A DNA stretch of 33,227 bases from Prevotellaceae bacterium (GTDB taxonomy: Bacteria; Bacteroidota; Bacteroidia; Bacteroidales; UBA932), in contig JAIRKX010000046.1 in assembly GCA_031259805.1 (NCBI GenBank), positions 1 to 33,227 of the forward strand, written 5' to 3'. Within the stretch, counting starts at the first letter, position 1. Each line of letters begins with the position of its first letter. The notes under the pieces were generated by a model. It searched no databases, was not told where the DNA came from, and saw only the letters and a list, made by a program, of their open reading frames with translations. Of the stretch, positions 15,494 through 24,367 are shown in pieces. The position numbers were made by a program, and so were the translations under genes.

Positions 15494-16783
15494 TTACTGT
15501 TTTTCTCTTTTCGTCCTCATTTCGAAAAGCGCCTCCCTCATTTGCTCCTGCAAGTTCTTCATCGTTTCTTTGCTTGAGTGCGCCGCTACTTCGGTTTCAT
15601 GGATTTCGGGGAGAATATGCATGCGGAACACTTGTCGCGGTTTGAGTTTCCATCCGTTTTGCATGGCAAAGTTACCGTCGATGACGACGGGCAGGATAGC
15701 TGCGCCGGCTCTTTTAGCCAGCAGGAAACCACCCTCTTTGAAATCGTGTATTTCCCCGTCCTTTGCGCGCGTACCTTCGGGAAACAGGATGATGCTCACC
15801 CCGCGACGGATATACGCCTGCGCCTCGTTCAGCATTTTCATCAGACCGGTGCGGTCGCCGCGTGTAATCGTGATGTCACGATGCAGCCACAACGCCCACC
15901 CGACAAAAGGAATGCGCAGTACTTCCCGTTTGGACACCCATTTAAAAATCACCGGTACTTTATACAGCAGGCAAATATCGAGCATCGACTGATGGTTCGA
16001 CATAATCACGTAGGTTTTGCCGGCGGTTATATGTTCGCGCCCCGTCACACGGATTTTCCACCACGGCGACGCCCAATAGTATTGCAACCCCCAGAAATAC
16101 GAATAGAAATGTAGCGCCTTCCGATCGCGGTCGAACAGGACGGTCAGTCCCAGCAGCACAAACCCTGCGAGAAACAGGGCAGGAGTAACGATGATAAAAT
16201 AAATATAATACAGTATCGAAAATACCACTTCTTTACGTAAACGGCATGTGCACTTGTAAAGCCGGTAAACCAGATAGCCGGCCAGCACACCGAAGGCCGC
16301 CCCGCACAGGATGTCGCCCGGATAGTGCTTCCCTACATAAATGCGGCTGTAGGCCACCAGCGCCGCCCATCCATAGAGGCCGCCCGTCCAGCCTTTATTT
16401 CTTATCAGCAATGCCGCGATAGTAGCCGTCCCGAAGATATTCGCCGCATGGTTCGAAATAAAACTCCTGAATGCGCCGCTACAAGCCTCCAGCGAATAGA
16501 TAAGCCCCTCGAACGCAATGCACGGACGGGGACGTTCGACCGCATGTTTAATCACATTGCCCACCATGTCGGTCAGCGCAAACGTCAGGGCGACGGCCAC
16601 CACCGCCCCTAACCCGACTTTCCACGAACGACGGCTGAAAAAGAAAAAAACGATACCTATATATAATAGTATCCACGAAAGGCGTCCCGAGGCAAATACC
16701 ATCAGTGTATCCATCGTTGGACAATGCGCCCCGTTCAGCCATAAAAACAATTGCTTGTCGAGAGTGTCAAGATAGTTGATCAT
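15494..16783 (-). CDS. Fusion protein: N-terminal PAP2 phosphatase + C-terminal PlsC-type (LPLAT) acyltransferase
   Basis: The PAP2 motifs are KHAVERPRP, SNH and SRIYVGKHYPGDIL (KxxxxxxRP / SxH / SRxxxxxHxxxD). After further TM segments come the acyltransferase motifs NHQSMLD (HX4D) and FPEGTR. Confidence 0.85.
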   Translation of the reverse strand: MINYLDTLDKQLFLWLNGAHCPTMDTLMVFASGRLSWILLYIGIVFFFFSRRSWKVGLGAVVAVALTFALTDMVGNVIKHAVERPRPCIAFEGLIYSLEACSGAFRSFISNHAANIFGTATIAALLIRNKGWTGGLYGWAALVAYSRIYVGKHYPGDILCGAAFGVLAGYLVYRLYKCTCRLRKEVVFSILYYIYFIIVTPALFLAGFVLLGLTVLFDRDRKALHFYSYFWGLQYYWASPWWKIRVTGREHITAGKTYVIMSNHQSMLDICLLYKVPVIFKWVSKREVLRIPFVGWALWLHRDITITRGDRTGLMKMLNEAQAYIRRGVSIILFPEGTRAKDGEIHDFKEGGFLLAKRAGAAILPVVIDGNFAMQNGWKLKPRQVFRMHILPEIHETEVAAHSSKETMKNLQEQMREALFEMRTKREKQ

Positions 16784-16804
16784 TATTGAGTTGTTGTGTT
16801 GTTT

Positions 16805-16848
16805 ACCTCTCCTCCGGCTCTTCTGTGAAGAGAGGCCGGGGGAGAGGT
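16805..16848 (-). promoter_or_regulatory. GC-rich imperfect hairpin in the predicted 5' UTR of the PAP2-PlsC gene
   Basis: In acctctcctccggctcttc-tgtg-aagagaggccgggggagaggt the arms are imperfect reverse complements. It lies between the -7 box (16867..16874) and the ATG (16783). It shares the GGGGGAGAGG motif with the 10090/10642 repeats. Confidence 0.5.
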
Positions 16849-16866
16849 TTTATTTGTTTAACGCTA

Positions 16867-16874
16867 CAAAAATA
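16867..16874 (-). promoter_or_regulatory. -7 promoter box (TATTTTTG) for the PAP2-PlsC gene
   Basis: Plus strand CAAAAATA is the reverse complement of TATTTTTG, 84 nt upstream of the ATG. Confidence 0.45.
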
Positions 16875-17008
16875 CACTTTTTTGAGAGAATAGATTGATG
16901 TATTAAGAAAGGAGATGCATTTCAACCGGTCGGGTTTCCAAAATCCCAAAGGCGTGACATTATTATAGCAAAGCAACAATCACCGCCTCTTATGAAATGC
17001 CGAAAGAG

Positions 17009-17186
17009 CAATAGGGGGATGCCCCTATAACCTATAGGGGGATACCCCTATAACCTATAGGGGGATGCCCCTATAACCTATAGGGGGATGCCCCTATAAC
17101 CTATAGGGGGGTGCCCCTATAACCTATAGGGGGGTGCCCCTATAACCTATAGGGGGGTGCCCCTATAGGCAGTAGGGGGGTGCTCC
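17009..17186. repeat. 23-bp tandem array (7 full + 1 degenerate copies); each unit is a palindrome TATAGGGG-N4-CCCCTATA
   Basis: Units start (ATA...) at 17011, 17034, 17057, 17080, 17103, 17126 and 17149, spaced exactly 23 nt. The arms are invariant. All substitutions fall in the 4-nt centre (GATG x3, GATA x1, GGTG x3). ACC links the units. Confidence 0.95.
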
Positions 17187-17229
17187 TTTCCCCTTTGTTC
17201 ATCATTACCTCCCGGGCAAGGCGCTCATT

Positions 17230-19863
17230 CTACCTCACATAATAATTCGCCTTCTTGTCGTATTTCAGCAAATCGTACAGCATAGCTGATTTTGCTTTAA
17301 ACAGGAAACTCCAACTCTGGTATTGCCCGAAAGGCGTCCATTGCACGTCGAAGTCAAAACAATGTAGATCGTAGTGGATACTGAGGGTGGTAGTAGTCAG
17401 CTTCAATTCTTTGAAGTCGAACCCGCTTTGCGCGGAGATATTCATCGCTTCCGTGAGTTTTAGCTGACCGTTGAAATTCAATGCTTGCATCGTGTTTCCT
17501 TCCTTAATGCCCCGTGGATAACTGACCGAATAATTGAACGAGTAATTGAATCCGAATGACCAGGGGGCTTTGAAATCATCGTAAAACAGGTATTCGGTAT
17601 ACAGATAGTCGCCCGTTTCGGGGTCGTAACGGGGAATACCTTCGAGGGTTGCAGGATTATTTTTTATTCCCTCTTCGCCGCCCTTAAACTGATACCCGCC
17701 GGAGAATCCGAAGGAGGTCAAACGCGCAAGACCGCCGCCTGCAGCAATATTAAATTGGCTAACACGTTGCCCATTCCGCACCGCATACGGATCGAAAACG
17801 GCATTCGCGCTGATGCCTACGCCTAAAATATTCGTGCTCAACGACGCATTAATAATAGAGAGATTCATAGAATCGGCCAGAAAGTTATAACTGCCCGAGA
17901 AGTTCAGGTTGTCTATCAGTTTTATTTTGGAAACGCCATTGGTCGTATCTTTCTTGTTGCGCACCTTTACTTCAAAATTATTGCCCAGCGTAAAACCCAG
18001 CGACGCCGCTTGCCCGCCGCCGGGCGCTCCGTACAGGCCGGAATACATATTGTAGTTCAGCGAATGCGCCGCACCTTGCCTGTCCGTATAATAATAGGTA
18101 CGGTGGCCGTTCCATGCGGTACGCAAATCGGGACTGTACGAGAGACTGATCGAGGGCGTAATAACGTGCCGGAAAGCCTGTATATACGCATTTCGTCCGG
18201 CTTGAAACGTACCGTAAATGCGCGTGCTGAGCGAGGCGCCGAAACTGTACGAATGCGCCATGTGAAATTCACTGAACGATTGACTTTTTATATCCTCTAC
18301 ACGTCCCGTCGAATCGTTCCACGACTTTTGCAGGCTTTGGAAAAACATCGTCATCCCATAGCTGACCGATGGCGACACGTTGATATACTTAAGCAGGTTC
18401 ATCGACGGAAGCCCGATGGAAAAGTTATGCTTCATCCCGTTTTCCAACTTGCTCCAAAATTCGGGCGTACCCAGTTCCGATTCTTTAAACCGGATTTTGT
18501 TATCGAAATTCGTATTGTACGAAAAACTGATTTGCTCGTACCACTGCTCTTTTCCCACGCCGCGTTTACGTTTGAACGGATAAATCGTACTCATCGAAAA
18601 AGTCATATTAGGCAAGGTCAGGGCATACGAGCTATCCTGCATATTCTGGCTGTGCGTAAGGTTGACCGACAGGTTGAAAGGCGTACCTTCCCAGCGTTTG
18701 GCCAGCGAAATACTGGACTGCGTCGTACTCTGCAGGGCATTTTGCGGGTTCGTCATACTGTTATACCGCCGGTACGACGACGACATGTAATTGACGCTGG
18801 CGCTCAACGTCAATTCGGGATTGGCTTTCGGATCTTGCCGGTGGCTCCAGCTAATGGCAAAATTCCGGCTCGAAGAATAGTCCGTCGAACCGGCAGCGCC
18901 CGATACATTTTCGGAGATATTAAAACTGAACGTGCCGTCGAATTTATACAATTTCTTATAACGTGCATCGGCACGCATAGCCCACGACCCCAGCGTGAAA
19001 TAATCGCCGGTAAGCGCCAGATCAAAGTATTCGCCAAACACAAAATACCAGCCGATGCGGTTTACATAAAAACCGCGCGACGGTTCTTCGCCAAATGTCG
19101 GGAAAAGAAACCCGCCGGCGCGGTCGCTACGTTTCGGGATAAAACCGAAGGGTAAAAATAGCGGCGTCGGCACATCTTCTATCACCAAATACGCCGGGCC
19201 GAAAACCGTCTGGCTGTTCGGTTCAGGTGTTACTTTGGCGCGTGTCAGGCGTAAATAAAAGTGGGGGTGCTCGGCATCGCAGGTCGTGTATTTGCCGTGG
19301 TGTACATGAATCGAATTATCGGGCATTTTTTTAATACTTTCGCCGTGCAGGAACGCCTCGCCTTCGGCAGTAATGACATTATTGATTTTGGCTTTACGCG
19401 AACTGAAATTATAATACCCGGTTTCCATGGCATACTCCTTCCCGTCCTCCGTCATCACCGGCTGCCCGACCGGTTTGCCGGTGCTGTCGGGTACGCCGGA
19501 GGCAAATACAATGCGCGTATTCATATTATAAGCCATGTACTCCGCCTTCATTTCCAGATTGGCATACGTAACCGTCACATCGCCGTAATAATAAATCATC
19601 CGATCTTCACCGGTAAAATCGTAAATGGTGGAATCGCGGCCGTCGCTGAAAACAGGCGCATCCAATGAACTCACCCGCCGCGCAACTGAATCAACCGCTG
19701 TCGAATCAAGCGCCGTCGAATCAAGCGTCATCAGACTGCTGTCGACAAGCACCTGCTGCAAAATATCGCCCGCCGCGCTGTCGGACGCTTCTGCTACCCA
19801 TGGGGAGAATAATAAAACGATGCCTGCGTAGAAAGGAATTAGTTTTAAAAATTGAATATTCAA
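17230..19863 (-). CDS. lptD: LptD-like (OstA domain + large beta-barrel) outer-membrane LPS-assembly protein
   Basis: 877 aa with a signal peptide. The N-terminal OstA-like region is YGDVTVTYANLEMKAEYMAYNMNTRIVFASG...HGKYTTCDAEHPHFYL. A long beta-rich C-terminus follows, ending ...KKANYYVR. The only available start is TTG (complement of 19861..19863). Confidence 0.75.
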   Translation of the reverse strand: MNIQFLKLIPFYAGIVLLFSPWVAEASDSAAGDILQQVLVDSSLMTLDSTALDSTAVDSVARRVSSLDAPVFSDGRDSTIYDFTGEDRMIYYYGDVTVTYANLEMKAEYMAYNMNTRIVFASGVPDSTGKPVGQPVMTEDGKEYAMETGYYNFSSRKAKINNVITAEGEAFLHGESIKKMPDNSIHVHHGKYTTCDAEHPHFYLRLTRAKVTPEPNSQTVFGPAYLVIEDVPTPLFLPFGFIPKRSDRAGGFLFPTFGEEPSRGFYVNRIGWYFVFGEYFDLALTGDYFTLGSWAMRADARYKKLYKFDGTFSFNISENVSGAAGSTDYSSSRNFAISWSHRQDPKANPELTLSASVNYMSSSYRRYNSMTNPQNALQSTTQSSISLAKRWEGTPFNLSVNLTHSQNMQDSSYALTLPNMTFSMSTIYPFKRKRGVGKEQWYEQISFSYNTNFDNKIRFKESELGTPEFWSKLENGMKHNFSIGLPSMNLLKYINVSPSVSYGMTMFFQSLQKSWNDSTGRVEDIKSQSFSEFHMAHSYSFGASLSTRIYGTFQAGRNAYIQAFRHVITPSISLSYSPDLRTAWNGHRTYYYTDRQGAAHSLNYNMYSGLYGAPGGGQAASLGFTLGNNFEVKVRNKKDTTNGVSKIKLIDNLNFSGSYNFLADSMNLSIINASLSTNILGVGISANAVFDPYAVRNGQRVSQFNIAAGGGLARLTSFGFSGGYQFKGGEEGIKNNPATLEGIPRYDPETGDYLYTEYLFYDDFKAPWSFGFNYSFNYSVSYPRGIKEGNTMQALNFNGQLKLTEAMNISAQSGFDFKELKLTTTTLSIHYDLHCFDFDVQWTPFGQYQSWSFLFKAKSAMLYDLLKYDKKANYYVR

Positions 19864-19873
19864 AATAATATAC

Positions 19874-19881
19874 TATTTTTG
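19874..19881 (+). promoter_or_regulatory. -7 promoter box (TATTTTTG) for the amidase gene
   Basis: It is an exact TAnnTTTG match 40 nt upstream of ATG 19921. Confidence 0.45.
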
Positions 19882-19892
19882 CAAAATGCTTA

Positions 19893-19900
19893 CAAAGGTA
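19893..19900 (-). promoter_or_regulatory. -7 promoter box (TACCTTTG) for the LptD-like gene
   Basis: Plus strand CAAAGGTA is the reverse complement of TACCTTTG. The two divergent boxes are only 12 nt apart, so the divergent transcripts would overlap by a few nt. Confidence 0.4.
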
Positions 19901-19920
19901 CAAAAAAGTTTAAAGTATAT

Positions 19921-21129
19921 ATGAAGAGTGTAATCCGATACATTTTGCTGTTCGTGTGTGGTACTGTCGCGGGCGTTTTGACATACGCGCAAGGCCCTAC
20001 GGGTGAATATCGCATCCGCAAGGTGGTAATTGATGCGGGGCATGGCGGCAAAGACCCCGGTGTGGTCGGAAGAAGATTGAAAGAAAAAGACGTAGTACTC
20101 CCTATTGCCCTGCAATTAGGCAAACTGATCAAAGAGCAACATCCCGAAGTAGAAATTGTGTACACACGCGACAAGGACGTGTTTATTCCACTGGACGAAC
20201 GCAGCGCTATAGCCAATAAATGCAATGCCAATTTGTTCATCTCTATCCATGCCAACAGCGTGCTGAACAAAAGGAATGCAGGCGCGCGCGGGTCGGAAAC
20301 CTATATCATGGGGCTACATCGCTCGGCCGACAATATGGAAGTTGCCCAGCGCGAAAATGCCGTTATTTCGTATGAGCGTGACTATGAGACCAAATACGAA
20401 GGATTTGACCCTAATTCTCCCGAATCATATATTATTTTTTCATTAATGCAGTATGCCTATTTCGACCAAAGTTTGGCATTCGCTGGCATGGTGCAGGAAC
20501 AACTGCCGCTGTCGCCCATAACAAAAAGCCGCGGCGTGCAGCAAGCTGGCTTTTTAGTCCTTTGGCAAACAACAATGCCCAGTGTATTGATAGAAGTTGG
20601 TTTCTTGTCGAACCCGATGGAAGAATCCTTGCTGGCTAAGGTGGAAACGCGGAACGATATTGCCCGGCGCATTGCCACCGCGTTCTCTAACTATAAAGCC
20701 CGATATGAACAGCACGGTGTTTTAACGACCGTTGCCGCCGAGCAATCCGCCGTTACGCCTGCTTCGACGCCGCCTGCTACCACAACCCCTGACGTTACCA
20801 CGCCTTCTGACATATCGCCCGCATCGCAACCGCAAATCACCCCGCCGGCTACCGCCAAACCTCAAAAACCAGCCACGACAACGCCCCAAAAGACACCCAT
20901 GTATTATTCTATCCAGATTTTTGCGACTAGTACGCCAAGAAACGTGAGCGCCAAAGAATATGCGTTACTCAAAGACATGCGCGGCATTTATGACGGACGG
21001 CTTTATAAGTATATAGTAGAAAAACATACGACCTATGACGCCGCGTTCTCGTCGTGCCTCAAATTGCGCAAGCAGTATACCGACGCCTTTGTCGTCCGCG
21101 TACAAGGTGATAAAATCCTTCCGCGTTAA
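19921..21129 (+). CDS. N-acetylmuramoyl-L-alanine amidase (Amidase_3) with Pro/Thr-rich linker and C-terminal SPOR domain
   Basis: There is a signal peptide MKSVIRYILLFVCGTVAGVLTYAQ, then VVIDAGHGGKDPG...SIHANS...GFLSN. The linker is PASTPPATTTPDVTTP...KPQKPATTTPQK. The SPOR-like tail is YYSIQIFATS...DAFVVRV. The start was taken at ATG 19921. Confidence 0.88.
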   Translation: MKSVIRYILLFVCGTVAGVLTYAQGPTGEYRIRKVVIDAGHGGKDPGVVGRRLKEKDVVLPIALQLGKLIKEQHPEVEIVYTRDKDVFIPLDERSAIANKCNANLFISIHANSVLNKRNAGARGSETYIMGLHRSADNMEVAQRENAVISYERDYETKYEGFDPNSPESYIIFSLMQYAYFDQSLAFAGMVQEQLPLSPITKSRGVQQAGFLVLWQTTMPSVLIEVGFLSNPMEESLLAKVETRNDIARRIATAFSNYKARYEQHGVLTTVAAEQSAVTPASTPPATTTPDVTTPSDISPASQPQITPPATAKPQKPATTTPQKTPMYYSIQIFATSTPRNVSAKEYALLKDMRGIYDGRLYKYIVEKHTTYDAAFSSCLKLRKQYTDAFVVRVQGDKILPR

Positions 21130-21200
21130 TGGTGAATGGATAATGGACGCTAAACAACTAAACAGTTCAACAACTAAACAAATCAATAAATCAGCAACAA

Positions 21201-22118
21201 ATGAAACTAAAGATCAGTAAAGAAGTAAAAATTGGGATTTATGCGATCACTATCCTTGTAGTCATGTATTGGATTTTCAACTTTCTCAAAGGACGTGACT
21301 TATTCAACACGTACAACACCTACTATGCCACCTACGAGAATGTTGAAGGGTTGACGCAATCAGCGCCCGTGTTTTTAAAAGGATTGAAGGTAGGGAGCGT
21401 GATAAAGATCGTATTCGAAAAAGAAGAGCAATCGTTCTTAGTCACGTTGCGCGTCGATAACCACTACGGCATTCCCGAGCACTCCACCGCCGAAATATAC
21501 GCCGCCGACATTATGGGCACTAAAGCCATCCGTATACTTGTAAGCAACAGCCCGAAACTTGCACAGTCGAAAGAGTACCTGAAATCTAGTGTGGCGTCGG
21601 ATATGATGACCATGATGGTGAACGAACTGACGCCTATTAAAAACAAGTTAGACGTACTGCTAAGTAACCTGAACGTAACGGTGGAGACGATCAACCACAT
21701 TCTCAACGAAGAAAAGCAGCGGGAGTTGGACGAAAGCATCCGCTCTTTAAACAAAACGATGAAACACATTGAACGTATCGCCGGTGTAGTCGATGCGCAA
21801 AAAGATCACCTTGGCAATACGCTCGAAAATGCGGATGCGTTTACCGCTTCGTTACGTAACAGTACGCAGCATATTGAATCCGTGATTCAAAACTTGGAAC
21901 AAATTTCCGATTCCTTAGCCCAATCCAATCTTAAAGGAACGGTGGAACGCTTAAATCTGCTATTGGTACAGGTTTCCGATACTACGGGCACGGTGGGGCA
22001 ATTACTGTATAACGACGAATTATATCAACGCCTGTCAATTACCTTAAAAGATTTGGATGCGCTGATTAACGACTTGCGGGCAAACCCTAAAAAGTATGTG
22101 AAACTGTCATTGTTTTAG
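21201..22118 (+). CDS. MlaD/MCE-family protein
   Basis: There is an N-terminal TM segment (IGIYAITILVVMYWIFNFL), then YYATYENVEGLTQSAPVFLKGLKVGSVIKI (MCE fold), followed by a helical C-terminus. Confidence 0.8.
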   Translation: MKLKISKEVKIGIYAITILVVMYWIFNFLKGRDLFNTYNTYYATYENVEGLTQSAPVFLKGLKVGSVIKIVFEKEEQSFLVTLRVDNHYGIPEHSTAEIYAADIMGTKAIRILVSNSPKLAQSKEYLKSSVASDMMTMMVNELTPIKNKLDVLLSNLNVTVETINHILNEEKQRELDESIRSLNKTMKHIERIAGVVDAQKDHLGNTLENADAFTASLRNSTQHIESVIQNLEQISDSLAQSNLKGTVERLNLLLVQVSDTTGTVGQLLYNDELYQRLSITLKDLDALINDLRANPKKYVKLSLF

Positions 22119-22368
22119 GGTCGGATGTAGTGAAATCTTTTTTGCAGGCAAAAAATAATTTGGTAAAAATCAAAGAGATAAAAACAAGAGATTTTTGGAA
22201 TAGAAAATTTAACATAAAATAGTCCGTATTTTGAAAAGTTAAAATGAGGGCATTATGCTTTTTTTGAAATTTACAATACCCCCATCGCTTTTTTTTTCCA
22301 AATTTTTTCTTCAATTTTGCTGCACAAAGTTAAATTATACTATCAACACTTAAAAAACTCTTTATACT

Positions 22369-23793
22369 ATGCGTCCGATTGAAAACTATCAACAGGTGTG
22401 GAATAACTGTCTCCACGTGATTCGTGATATTATCTCCCCCCAAAGTTTCAAAACATGGTTTGATCCGATCATTCCTCTCCAACTAAGGGAAAATGTGTTG
22501 ACCATTGAAGTGCCGACCTCTTTCTTTTATGAGTATTTGGAAGCAAATTTTATTGATTTAATCAGTAAAGTGCTGCGCAAGGAATTGGGGCTAAATGCAC
22601 AATTGGAGTACAGTGTACGCATAGTCAAAGAAGGGTCGCCGGTAGTGTATCCACCTAAAGGACATGTGCCGCCGAAGAATCCGGCCGTGCCGTTTTCGAT
22701 TGATGCAGGGAAAAATATCCCCAACCCTTTTGTGATTCCGGGGCTTAAGCAATTGCAAATCGACCCGCAACTTAACCCTGAATATTCCTTCTCCAATTTC
22801 GTGGAAGGCGACTGTAATCGGCTGGCACGCGCCGCCGGCTTGAATATTGCCGAAAATCCGGGACGCACGGCCTTCAACCCGCTATTTCTATATGGCGCAT
22901 CGGGGCTGGGGAAAACGCATTTGGCGCAGGCCATCGGGATTGCCGTCAAGGAAGTATTCCCGGATAAAATAGTATTATACGTAAACGCCAATCGTTTCCA
23001 GACGCAATTTATAGACGCTCAGGTAGTGAAAAACAAACTGAACGATTTCCTGCATTTCTACCAAATGATAGATGTGCTGATTTTGGACGATGTGCAGGAA
23101 TTTGCCGGAAAAGAAGGCACACAAAATGCTTTTTTCCATATCTTCAACTACCTGCATCAATCGGGCAAGCAACTGATTCTGACATCGGACAAAGCGCCGG
23201 TTGATTTGCAGGGACTGGAACACCGGTTGCTGTCGCGCTTTAAATGGGGCCTGCCGGCCGAACTGCAAGCACCTGATTATGCTACGCGCATAGCCATCCT
23301 GAAAAACAAGGCATATCTCGACGGCATGCAACTCGAAGACAATGTCGTGGAATATATTGCCGACCGGATTTCGACCAATATCCGCGAACTGGAAGGCGCG
23401 TTGCGGTCGTTGCTGGCGCAGGCGACATTCAATAAAAAAGCGATTACACAAGATTTGGCGGAAGAAATTACCGAAAAATTAGTGAGCGCTGCGCAGCAGG
23501 AGATTTCGATTAGTGAAATCCAGAAAGCCGTTTGTACGTACTTCGATATCACGTCCGAGAGTATCGTGTCGAAATCGCGGAAACGGGAGATTGTGCAAGC
23601 CCGCCAGATTGCCATGTACTTGAGCCGTAACCTGACAAAAGAGTCGTTAGCTTCTATCGGCATACAAATCGGCGGAAAAGATCATGCCACCGTCCTCCAT
23701 GCCTACAACACCGTATGTGATCTCATGGAAACAGATCGGCATTTCAAGCAATACGTAACTGATATTGAAAAACGATTGAAAGCGACATGGTAA
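22369..23793 (+). CDS. dnaA: Chromosomal replication initiator DnaA
   Basis: 474 aa with Walker A GASGLGKTHL, LILDDVQ, and the domain IV pattern RKREIVQARQIAMYLSR...SLASIG..GGKDHATVLHA. Confidence 0.95.
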   Translation: MRPIENYQQVWNNCLHVIRDIISPQSFKTWFDPIIPLQLRENVLTIEVPTSFFYEYLEANFIDLISKVLRKELGLNAQLEYSVRIVKEGSPVVYPPKGHVPPKNPAVPFSIDAGKNIPNPFVIPGLKQLQIDPQLNPEYSFSNFVEGDCNRLARAAGLNIAENPGRTAFNPLFLYGASGLGKTHLAQAIGIAVKEVFPDKIVLYVNANRFQTQFIDAQVVKNKLNDFLHFYQMIDVLILDDVQEFAGKEGTQNAFFHIFNYLHQSGKQLILTSDKAPVDLQGLEHRLLSRFKWGLPAELQAPDYATRIAILKNKAYLDGMQLEDNVVEYIADRISTNIRELEGALRSLLAQATFNKKAITQDLAEEITEKLVSAAQQEISISEIQKAVCTYFDITSESIVSKSRKREIVQARQIAMYLSRNLTKESLASIGIQIGGKDHATVLHAYNTVCDLMETDRHFKQYVTDIEKRLKATW

Positions 23794-23854
23794 TGAATAA
23801 CAAATAAATACACACCATATGATACACAGCACATAGAATTAAACTACATGTGAA

Positions 23855-23877
23855 AAGGGCGGGATAATTCCGCCCTT
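23855..23877 (+). terminator. Stem-loop after dnaA
   Basis: AAGGGCGG (23855..23862) pairs with CCGCCCTT (23870..23877) around a 7-nt loop, and a T-rich tail (agttatttt) follows. Confidence 0.5.
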
Positions 23878-23959
23878 AGTTATTTTGGTCGTGAGGCGTG
23901 AGACGTAAAGCGTGCCTGTCATGTCCTGACCCGGGTTGACAGCAAAAGGAGGACAAAAG

Positions 23960-24217
23960 ATGACAAAAAGTACAAAGAAAACGTATCGGAACAGTATTTG
24001 CTTTAAGCAAAAAGTAGTAGAAGAAATAAGGGCCGGAGTTAGCCGGAAGTATGGGATAAAAGAAGCTAATACGGTAAGGAACCGTGTTCAGCGTTACGGG
24101 GATCAAGGGATGTTAAACGAAGTAATATGTGTAAAAATAAGAAACGAAAGAAATCGTTTCCACCGGTATGGAAATATATTTATAAAGAACGACTATTTAT
24201 TTTCAACTCTTTATTAG
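23960..24217 (+). pseudogene. Remnant of an IS-type transposase N-terminal HTH (orfA-like) fragment
   Basis: MTKSTKKTYRNSICFKQKVVEEIRAGVSRKYGIKEANTVRNRVQRYGDQG resembles the ...Y..EFKQKVVEEI..G.S....ARKYGI....TV..W..KY pattern of IS3-type orfA proteins. Part of the helix region is missing and the tail is nonsense. No DDE domain follows. Confidence 0.4.
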
Positions 24218-24353
24218 TGTAAAGTTGCATGTACTAATTGAACTTACCAAACCTTATGCCCTCGTACCTTACGCCTTTTACCCTACAATCAGCTGTGTGC
24301 CACTATGTAATATTGCCATGAAATAATACAGCGCATAAATCAACAAAAAACAC

Positions 24354-24361
24354 TATCTTTG
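24354..24361 (+). promoter_or_regulatory. -7 promoter box (TATCTTTG) for cdaA
   Basis: It is an exact TAnnTTTG match ending 6 nt before ATG 24368. Confidence 0.45.
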
Positions 24362-24367
24362 TTCTTG

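Noticed and set aside
17009-17186. CRISPR array
   Set aside because: The repeats are contiguous at a 23-bp period with only a 3-nt linker. There are no unique spacers, no leader and no cas genes in the window.
18010-19155. Long antisense ORFs inside real genes (18010..19155 +, 25475..26545 +, 13057..13872 +, 11373..12083 -, 15578..16114 +, and others)
   Set aside because: The products are Arg/His/Gly-rich and low-complexity with no family resemblance. Each lies opposite a confidently identified gene (lptD-like, alaS, ClC, tex, PAP2-PlsC). Such shadow ORFs are expected in GC-moderate DNA.
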